This document shows positions 51,351 to 64,000 of a stretch of 64,000 nucleotides of DNA, in pieces. The DNA comes from Vermamoeba vermiformis (Eukaryota). The notes beneath the pieces are model-generated. The model saw only the letters and a list, made by a program, of their open reading frames with translations. It did not search any database and had not been told where the DNA came from. Within the stretch, counting starts at the first letter, position 1. Each line of letters opens with the position of its first letter. The stretch is taken from contig JBEWZL010000102.1 in the NCBI GenBank assembly GCA_045837725.1, positions 248,001 through 312,000 on the forward strand. Direction: 5' to 3'. Position numbers and translations under genes: made by a program.

Positions 51351-53604
51351 TTATTGGTGTCTTGGATTCAGATATACGTAGAGGCCATTCCTATTAAATC
51401 AAATATCAGTACCGTCTTGGACCAAAAAGAGTTTCACCACAGGACACTTACTTTGGTTTCTGCGTGACAGCGTAGACAGGCACGACTGGCTTAGTTTCAT
51501 CGAGCTTCCATTCAAAGTACTTGGCCATGGTACTCAGCACTGCTCGCATTTCAACCTTGGCGAATGTTTGGCCAATGCCTGCAAGGAACAGAAGTGTCAA
51601 AAACAATACGATCAAGACGTCACTGACTTACAATTCCTTGGACCACTGCTGAATGGAATAAACTTGGGATAGTGCGATTGATTGTTGGCAAAGCGAGTTG
51701 GGTTGAATTCATTGTGCTACGAACGAACGTCAGTAAAATGTCAGTCTTAGTGCTGACTGTGTGCACGTACATCAGACCAGATGTGCTCGTTGTGATTGAG
51801 CGAGTGCAGTGCTACCCACAGCGCCGTGCCTTTGGGCAGGAAATAATCGCCGAGCTGAATGTCCTTGGTCAGTTCACGGACTAACAAAACCGATTAGAGA
51901 CTCGTAGCACAGGTCACAAACACGACTCACCTGATCCACTGGGCGTGACAGTCGTCATTCTCATGCTCTCTTTGATCACCATGTCGAGCACGGTCAGCTG
52001 CGACAAGTCATCGTAGTCAGGGAACTCTTTGTTTTTCAACAACTGTGCTGACACTTAGTGCTATTCATACATCATAATCATGACACGTACCACGTCAACT
52101 TCATCTTGAACTTTCTTCTGCCACTCAGGATATAGCGCCGTGTGGTGCAAGAACCACGTCATGGCTGAGGATTGGTTCAATGAGTGCTCAATATGACGGC
52201 TCAATATTATACTATCTTACAGTGTGCAGTGGTCTCGTGGCCGGCCACCAAAAATATCACGTTCTCGCTGATCACTTCCTCTTCGCTCATCTTCGCGCCA
52301 GTCTCTGGATCTTGTGCCTTCAACATCATGTTCAATAAATCGTTGCGATTGGCAAGGGCATCAGGGTCCTTTTTGCGGTCCTCTAAACACTTTCTGGCTA
52401 ATGATCGGACTTGTTTTCTATTACGACGTTACGTTAACGAGCGGATCCAAAAATAGATCCAGATGTGGAACCTACCGAAGATTAGCCAATCGTAAATAAG
52501 CAAATGGATTTAGCATATGACCAATAGGATTGATTGAACGACGCTCAACTTCTTGCAACAGCTGTGACATGGCTTCAATGGCATCGACATTGGCCCCGTG
52601 TAGTGCGCCGTAGTTAACTCCGAATGCAGCAGAGGTCAATACATCCTAAATCATGAGTTAAATACGCAGCCAAAATATTGAAGTTAATTATAGTTCAAGC
52701 GTACCAAAGCTACTTTCTGAAAGGTATCGTTGATGTTGATAGATCTGCTAAAGTCTTGTTCGTTCAAGTACTGCTTCAATTCCTTCAACTCATCGACCAT
52801 CAAGTGGTACATGCCCTTAATAGCTGTTACGCTGAACATTGGATTCATAAGCTTGCGTTGTTTGTGCCAATAAGCACCTGTAATCTAGCAGTTAGATCCG
52901 CATCCATATTGCTGAAATCAGCGTACCATCGGATAAAAAAATATCATTGTCGTTGATAATACGAACTACATCGTATGCACGGCCCTTATAGTCGTTGGCT
53001 AGCGATTCAGTAACGTACTGAAAAACAAGTTAGTACGAGGGTACGCGCCAAATCCAGCTTTCAAATAGCCATACCTTTGGATCAGCAATTAGAACCATGT
53101 TCTTAGTTAAGAATCCTCCGCGAAGAAGTACGATGTCACCATATTTATCGAGCAGGTTGTCAAACTCTCGGAAGGGTTGGCCAGGATGTCGATCTGTTGC
53201 GAGCTGACCTAATGTACCGATCGCTAAACTTGTTGGATATGGTCCTGTCATATAAATAAGAATAAGATTATATACAAACTGGCTGAATGTCAATTTAAAA
53301 AATAATTGTGGATCAGATCCACAACTTCAAATTCAGTCAACACCGGAACGCTAGTATATATGACAATAATGAGATTCATCATTTAATTATACCTGGCATT
53401 TTTTTCTTCCACGGTGCTTCGAAAGTTACCTTCTAATAGTATTTAAACAGGTTAGATCGGGCTGATTTTGATGCTCGTGCACATTATTAATTCGTATATA
53501 ATTATTTTAAAATAAGTATACTGTACCAGCCAAATAATGATCTTAGGCAACACCCAGTAACAGAACGCAAATCCACCCGCGACCAAAACGAGAGACGAAA
53601 CCAT
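51351..53604 (-). CDS. Cytochrome P450
   Basis: N-terminal TM anchor, AGHETTA I-helix, KESMR (ExxR), FIPFSSGPRNCIG heme motif. More than 10 exons. Confidence 0.95.
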
Positions 53605-54023
53605 TTTCAGCACGATTGTAGTTACGAAATAGTGCTAATAATGTTCTGTGTGCGAATTCTTTGCACTGAGTTCAATAATGATAACAAAAACCAAACCGGA
53701 AATTCGCCAATTGAACCGTTATTCGCTCGGACTCATCTTAACTAGTTCCTGTTGGGCCGCAGTTTCAAGCACGTGAGGTGTACCGCGGAAATCAATTCGG
53801 ATTCGTTAAAATTCAAGCACAATAATAAAGTCATTTTAATCCAAAAATTTATTTACAAAAGACATTTTCGTTATTTTGGATCTGCTCATTATTGATGCTT
53901 GCTTCGACGTTGATTGCTTCTGAGCATCATAAACTCGTTGCATGATAACAGATCCACTTGTCCTCGAGGACATGACAGTTGTGCCAGTCCAATCACGTGC
54001 CAATATCTTATCTTGACTTCTTC

Positions 54024-55647
54024 TTAACGTACTTCCACAGGTGGCTCGTCTTCAGGGATGAGGCCGAATGTGAATCGTTCGGCGCGGTACTGTGTCAAGC
54101 TGTCAGCGGACATTGGACCACTCGGCTGCGGCTCAGTCACGGCTGCTGGACTCGTGTTAATTGCTGGGCCACCGAGCATGCTGGGCGCGAGGCCTTGGGG
54201 CTGTTGTGGCGCAGTTTGTGGCTGTGGCGTGGTTTGGAACAAGTTGGTCTGACCACTCAAGAGACTCTGACCAAAGGGCGAGGGTGTCTGACCACCGGAC
54301 GAGAGTTGAAAGCTCGGCTGGGGCAACAGCGTGCTGCCAGTGCCGAGCCCTGGTTGAGGTGTCACGCCAAAGGCAGTCTGTTGCGGTGATTGTGCGCCGA
54401 GACCGAATGGACTTGGTGCTGGTGCTGGCTGTGCGGCACTCAATGGCGCGGCAAAAATAGAACTCGTTTGCTGCTGTTGCGGCTGTCCAAACACCGAGGA
54501 GGTCTGTGCAGCACCACTGCCAAATATAGAACTCGTGTTTGGTGCACCGAGTCCTTGTGGCTGACCAAATATAGAACTCGTTTGCTGCTGTTGCGGGGCA
54601 TTGTCAATGCCTGCAAATATGCCGCCAGTGATGGCAGGCTGTGGCGCGTGACCACCGTGCCCAGTGCCACCAAACACATTGCCTTGCGCCTGTTGTTGGG
54701 CCTGCACTGGGGGCACGTAACTAGATCTGGCTTGAATGGCGAGTTGTTTCTTCTGCTGGGCCTCGTTGAACATGTTGGCCACGGTCTGATTGTACTGCAT
54801 CAAATTGCCTTTGCTTTTGAATTCTTTCAACGCCTCCCAACGCATTTCTTCGAATGAATAATCGCCCGTGAATAAGTTGGGGAATTCTGCATCTGGTCCG
54901 TAACATGAAAACGGCCACAAATTCACTGATAAATCTTCTAATATCATCGCTCTATAATACACATTAATATTAATGATAATTCAGAAAAGTTGATAAATTC
55001 TCATGATAATGTTTAAATAATTAATTACTTACGGATAATCCTTTTGTTGCTGCTGATTATTGTGTCCGCCTTGATAATTATTGCCGCCCTGACCTCGATT
55101 ATTATTCCAATTATTATTACCACCGCCGTGCTGATTATTTCTGTTGTTGTTGTAGCCTTGATTGTTATTTCGATTGTTGTTCCAATTATTATTGCCACCA
55201 CCTTGATTACGGTTGTTATTATAATTAGTATTGCCTCTACTGTTGTTCCAGTTGTTATTTCCAGCTTGATTATTGTTCCAGCCTGAATTATTGTTGCCGC
55301 CAGAATTATTCCAATTAGTATTTCCTCCTTGGTTGCCGTTAAACGCTCCAAACTACAATAAATAATTAGTATATATTATATAAATTAATAATAATATTTT
55401 TGTCAATTTTTTAAACAGCTGTCAAGTCAATTATTTTGACTTTAATTTCTCGATCTAATTTTTACAACGGTAATAAAATGTCTGATTTGCATATACGTAC
55501 TCTATTTTGTGTCTGATTGTTGCTGCCAAATCCTCCTTGCTGTCCACCGCCACCACCTCCGCCTGAGGGGCCGATGTGGGCAAACTTACATCTGTTGCCG
55601 TTTCTGCAATTGCCTTGCTGCCAATATTTGCACGGTCCTTTGCTCAT
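54024..55647 (-). CDS. NUP42: Nucleoporin NUP42/CG1/AMO1-like
   Basis: N-terminal CCCH finger, WPFSCY..D.SFEEMR, SSIFG/PFG repeats, C-terminal FTFGLIPEDEPP. Confidence 0.88.
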
Positions 55648-55885
55648 ATTGTATTATATTAGTAGTGTTATGTGGTATTGTTTGTCTTAACGCTGATAAA
55701 AATGAACGGAAATCGATCTAACTTTTCGTCCTGGCAAAAATTCTAGAATCAACAAGTTGAGAATTCTCAAAATAGGCATTTTAGTTATAAGAATAAGAAT
55801 CAAGTATGTTATTTAGTATCGCAACATTGCGTATTGGTTTATATTACAGGCTATGTACAAATAATCGAAAGAAATAAATTGGTGC

Positions 55886-56673
55886 TTATTCGTAAGGCTG
55901 ATAAGTAACATATTCATTGACCAAGGCCATAATATGAGGGTTCTCTAATGCTGCAGCAACGCGTTCTTTGTCGTTAACTTGTTTGTTGACTGCATCCAGA
56001 ATTAGTACGCGCTTAAACTTCTAAATTTAGAAATGTTCTAGAACTTACTCTCATGCTCCGTAGAATGCGATCCCGGGGTTACTTTGATAGCGATCTATAA
56101 TATACTCATGATTAATGTCAAATATAAAGGTAAAATACGCAGATCTGTCACTTTAAATTGGATGGTGTCAAAATTAAATTGTTTGACGTACTTTGAATGG
56201 CTTTTGTAATTCACGCCGCAGTTTCTCAACAATACACAGTCCTATCATTGATGCTAAACTGCAGTGTGGCACTGTTGGTGTAAATTCTACGGCAATATTG
56301 TATTCGCTGCCCAGATCTTCTGCTATTATGTATCGCTCCTTTAATACTTTAAGCTGCTGTAGTGTGTATGGATGTTCTGGATCTATAATTCACCATTGGT
56401 TAATTATTTATCATTTTTTGTATTTATTTTTTAATTATTTATTTCCGGATCCCAATCGAATCTTTTTTCCTAGTTCATCTACCATACCTTTGATGTCTTT
56501 TAGAAACTCTATAATCAAAATTAAATTAATAGGTGCTTAATTGAAGCGGTATTGATTTGTTTACCAAAGATCTCTTCAGCCAAAGCGGATGTAGCACAAT
56601 CATCTTCAGCTTCGTCATTTAATTCCTGTCTATTTAAAGACAATAAGGGATCTGGATTATCTAATGTGGTCAT
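55886..56673 (-). CDS. Cytosolic Fe-S assembly factor CIAO2 (MIP18/FAM96; motifs closer to CIAO2A)
   Basis: DPEHPYTL, FTPTVPHCSLASMIGLC, INKQVNDKERVAAALENP. Confidence 0.92.
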
Positions 56674-57026
56674 TGTTCATTGTAGTTGGGTTCAAAAGAA
56701 ACTCAAATTAATTTTGTAGATATCCAAGCCAAAACAATACAACCCCCGTAAAAAGGCGAGGAAATAATTAACACGTGGTTTTTTTTGGCAGGCGGTTGGG
56801 TCTCCCATAGGGAGGACGACCATTTATGAGATCATAAAGATGAATTTAATAGGGCTTATTATATCCAATTTAGGAAAGTATATAAGCATTTTTTTTTATC
56901 CCTAGAGAATACAGAGGTAGATAGGATTATTTTGAAGCATGACAGATTTATTTACTAAATAAGAGGGATCCGTAGATTCGCACTAATAAACTTAAAACAA
57001 AATCAACAGCAAACCATGTGACAATT

Positions 57027-57476
57027 CTATATGTAGTATTTACGACCTTCTCTTTCTCGATACGCTGAAAATCTGAATTGTATTCTCAACAGGCGAGATT
57101 CTAAGCAATAACTCCAAGTGAATTGTCCATCAACGAGCTCCAAATAGTAAGGCATGTTGTTTGCGTCCACAAGCCGTTTCAAGCTTATGTCCTTGTTGAA
57201 GACATCGACCATTCTTTCCTGAGTGAAAACTCCACGAACGCGAGTGGATCCAAGGGTTGGATCGCCTTGCAATCTAGCACGAGAGACAAACCACTTCATA
57301 TCTTCGGCATTAAATTTGGAGAAAAGCAAGTTGGCAAAGGAAACAGTTGGTACCTAAATTAGCGTTGCTGCATTAGAGGAGAAAAATGCAGCAAAATAAT
57401 TATTTAAAATATTATTTACTAACAAACGACTTACCCAAAACTGGAATGAAGCCTTTCGAGGTGCCTTCCATTGCAT
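57027..57476 (-). CDS. Hypothetical protein
   Basis: 100+ codon ORF preceded by a canonical GTAAGT..CTAAT..TAG intron. No recognised motif; start uncertain. Confidence 0.45.
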
Positions 57477-57900
57477 TTTCTTGGTTACGAGGCTTCAATT
57501 TGCATACGCGCTTCATCTGCAACCGATAATGAAGCAGCATCGTTGGCAGCCAAATTCTCTAACAAGGTGCTTTCATGCATTATGTGAGTGGGACGGACTG
57601 AGGAGCTTGTTCCTATCTTCAACAACGGGATTTTTAAAATTGGAAGGTTTTAAAGGAACGATAATAATGTTAATTTTTTATGGGGGGTTTCTAGTGAAGA
57701 GGTGTACGAAAACGTCTCCTAAGGGATCAGTTTTTCGATTGTGATTGTACTAGCCGCCTCTCAGTACCAATTTGAGCCTAAACGAGTGAACGAGGAATCC
57801 TGCAAAAGATCAATTTTTATCAATTTTATTGACCTTGTGGGTTTCGTTGTAGTTTTTCAATATTTTTCTCACTTCCTTACAGTACAAGTATTGATACACC

Positions 57901-58089
57901 ATGAACTCAGAACCACAGGTACACCAAGAGCCAAAAGAGCCCAAACATACTCGTCCATTTGACATCACTACTCTCTGGCCTGAGTCAGACAAGGACCTCG
58001 AGTATTACGAGCGAACTTGCAAAGATACAGGCCAGAAGCTTGGAGGTCCTTTTTGGCGCCGCTTGAAAGGACTGAGTAATTACACTTAA
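57901..58089 (+). CDS. Small hypothetical protein (62 aa)
   Basis: ACACC-ATG context after an acceptor-like TTACAG, coding-like composition, AT-rich 3' flank. Confidence 0.45.
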   Translation: MNSEPQVHQEPKEPKHTRPFDITTLWPESDKDLEYYERTCKDTGQKLGGPFWRRLKGLSNYT

Positions 58090-58311
58090 ATGTCGTATTA
58101 ATAATAATAATAATAATATGTTACATATAGTATTTATAATAAAATTTATTTTTTACAACAAAGTATCGAAAATTAAAACAAAATCATTTCGAAATTAGTT
58201 CGACGCCCTAGTCACGAGCACTTACGCGCATAACTAAGACAGACAAATTGAAAGTACAAACAACACACATAATACAGCCAGCAGGACTAGTCGCAATGAC
58301 TTCACTCCGCA

Positions 58312-61117
<2,806 letters not shown>

Positions 61118-61291
61118 GTCTAATATATGCCTCTTGTTATAATTTTAAATATGAATATAAATACTATGAGGTCTCTTGTCACAAACGCGACTGAAAACAA
61201 AAAACAACCTGGCGCACAAGATTTTTTCTTTTGGCTTCGGAGAAAAACGAATTCTCTTTGGGTTTGATTCAATTTTAACAAATCGCGTGGT

Positions 61292-64000
61292 TTATTGTGT
61301 CGTATTAGAGCTATTATTCTTAACAGGAGTACTGCCGTTCATTGCTTTTAAAGTCGGTGACGTGGATTGGGCTCCGCTGTTCTTCAAACTACTTGGCGCT
61401 GACGCCAATTCTTCTATTTTAGGCAACAAATACTTATTGAGCTCGCGGTATCCATAACTAACACCGAAGAATTAGTTTCCTAATAAGGAAAATCCAGTAC
61501 GCAAGATCCACTCACCATTTTTGAGCTTCGAGCGCAGGTTTGTACAGCTTTATCAGCGCAGGCACGTCTTTCAATATGCCTAATATGATATCTACATTAA
61601 ATAATACAGTTGCAATGACGAGAGACCATTCATAGCATTGAGAAATCAGGGTCTCTTGCAGCAAGTACCTGAAGACGAGTTAGATCAAGCATTAGAGGCT
61701 TAAATATTTGCTATACGTACTCTAAATCGTTAATAGACTCTAGTACACTCTTCTTTAATACACTGCCGAATATATGAGCCACTGAGACTCGTCTTTGTAA
61801 CGACTAAATTGAGTCAGTACACGTGCTCCAGATCTAGCTTGTCAAGCTTACCTTTTGGTTATCACCATTGCCAGTGATAGAAAAATCGTTATTAGCTTCG
61901 ACTTCAATGTATCTCTTGATTGGCGAGTCAATCTTGGGTCCTTGGAATGACGAGCCAGATGAGATCAAGAACTTTGATGGCGACATAATAGACGAGTATT
62001 GGCCCAATGAGCTCGTGCTCCGCGATAGTTTAGGACTACTACTAGCGCTTGAACTTGATTCCTCATCAGGCGAGTCAGGTTGGATCGCGTTCAACGGAAA
62101 CACTTCAGGGAACGGCAGATCGAATTGACGATGAATGCAATCGAGTGCTCCTTGTAAATCTTCTACGAGTGCTGATCTTCGTTTCTCTCTCGACAACCAC
62201 AAGCGCAGTTCTTTGTGCACAATGTTGCCGAAGATGATTAAAGTGCGCATCTGCTTCTTCGCCAGCAGTTTTCTAGCGTACTTGGCCAATAACAATTCTT
62301 GTAAATAGAACTCTTCATCTTCCTATATTTTGCAAGTTAATAACATAACTTCAATAGTCGCTTAGCCGCGTACCGTATCAACACCAATATTCAATTTTTT
62401 CGGACTATTAATCGTATCATCTTCAATCAAATTTCCTCGTTTGAGAGCTTTAACTAGCGCATCTTCCTCGCCTATATTAAAGTTAGAAGCAATCATATTA
62501 AAATAAAGTTAGAAAACGATCCACGTACCGTGCTCAGGATTGCCGAGTGGTTCCAAGAATCGCATCAAATCGCGCAACAGATCCAAATTGTCGTATTTGA
62601 GCGTGAGGTCTAACAACTTGATAGCACCACGACGAGCGTACTCAACACCGCTGTACAAATGCAAGATGCGCATGTACGAGGTCGAAGTGTCGATCCACTC
62701 GTTCTTAATGCACTGTTCGAAGAGGTTGTACGGATCACCAGTGCAGCGGAATAACAACGGCCAGCAGTTGGGATCAACTTTGCGCGCACAATTAGCAACG
62801 AGTTCAGGGAACTGTGGGAAATGTTGCAAGAACCGTGCGACTCGCAACAACGCGCTGGTCTCGGGCACGACAACAGGCTGGTGTTGCGTGGACTGGACTG
62901 CTTGGATGTTAATCACTGGTGCGTTGACGTGAATGAGTGGCGGTGGTTGAATTCCTTCGCTTGAAATGTTGACTGGTGTCGCTGATTGTTTGCGCGCTGC
63001 ATTGATTGGGAACGATTAATAAGACCTCATAAGAAGCTGTATACTTACCTTTAGAATAGGACTGGTACTCCGTTTCGAGTGTGTCGTACAATAACAACTC
63101 TAAGCAATGCGAGAAATGAGGAATGAACGAGTACTTCTTGGCCAATTTGATCGCTTCTTGTTCTTCACCGCGCTCCAGCAATGTACGCAGCACTGTTTGC
63201 AAGAACGGATGGGTCTGAAATCAAAAAATTAAGTAACACTAATAATAATAGTGATCTTAATTAGCCTACTCGTGTTTGCAGGTCGTAGAATGGCAAGTTC
63301 GAGCAAGGCGAATACGTGTGCATTTGCGTCACGCCAATAATCACTGCCCAGTGCGGGATGAAACCTAAATTTTACGAGTTAAAATAGTACTCGAGAGCAC
63401 GTGTAAAGCTTTATAAGGAGTTAAAAAAAGAATATCTGCACCTCTACCGGCTCATTCAACATTCCAAAGGTAAGAACGAACAACTTAATAGTGCATTTTT
63501 TGAATTTCATCCGAGTAAACAAATAGCGCTTACCGATCGGATAAATATCGAGATCAAATTCTAAGAATCGATCTCGACTGAAGAATTTCATTGGTTGTTG
63601 TTGTGTTTCAGTTTCAGACAAGAATGGGAACCACAGCTGTCCACAAAATTTTTGTCAGTAATTGAGCATGATAACTATTGTGGGATAGACTTCATAAACA
63701 AATGATTCAAATAATAGGTATGACAATTATAGCACGAGTTTCAGGTGTTTACTCTCGATAGATTGCCTTTTTTGGAAGTAAACGTACCTGCAGACCATTT
63801 CGACCGTACGCCCAAAGTGTATTGCCCAAGTCTTCAAGCTCTGTGTTAGCCATCCAAAACTGCTCGACAGACGTTGACAATGTTTGACTGAGACTCTGTT
63901 CTGCGTTTGAAATCAGCAGCGTGCCTGACGGATCCAAGATCAAGCACTTGACTGACTTGCGAGCCCTAGCCAAACGTTAGTAATAATAAAATACTACAAT
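61292..64000 (-). CDS. RIC1: RIC1 (Rab6 GEF subunit), 3' part; 5' end outside window
   Basis: EFDLDIYPIG, FSHCLELLL, VANCARK.D...W..LF...GDP..LF..C, STSY.RIL, LMRFL. Confidence 0.88.

Overview
Gene-dense, intron-rich eukaryotic nuclear DNA (standard code, spliceosomal introns with GTAAGT/GTACGT donors and CTAAY/CTGAC branch sites). A protist origin is inferred; the species cannot be named from sequence. About 31 protein genes were assembled by hand across introns: mS37/CHCH, RagA, REV1, LCMT1, SIN3, SF3B3, RPN3, enoyl-CoA hydratase, CDC20, syntaxin, ACOT9, CCA-adding enzyme, eIF5B, TMEM115, FAM21, PTEN-like, mS33, a secreted Cys-rich protein, an LRR protein, COQ10, a WD40/BC-box protein, LAMTOR5, PP2C, ZGPAT-like, a P450, NUP42, CIAO2/FAM96, two orphans, a CHK2-like kinase and partial RIC1. 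No mobile element, CRISPR, rRNA or tRNA was seen. Most notable: a textbook U12-type AT-AC intron in PP2C; a 12-bp palindrome TGACACGTGTCA in the 3' half of introns of four unrelated genes; REV1 and LCMT1 stop codons interlocked on one palindrome; two GC-rich structured intergenic ncRNA candidates; a CDC20 promoter with CHR, E2F and MSA motifs; an xxLGG-repeat extension on eIF5B; and an unexplained +1 frame switch in PP2C. CDS coordinates span introns and are manual predictions.
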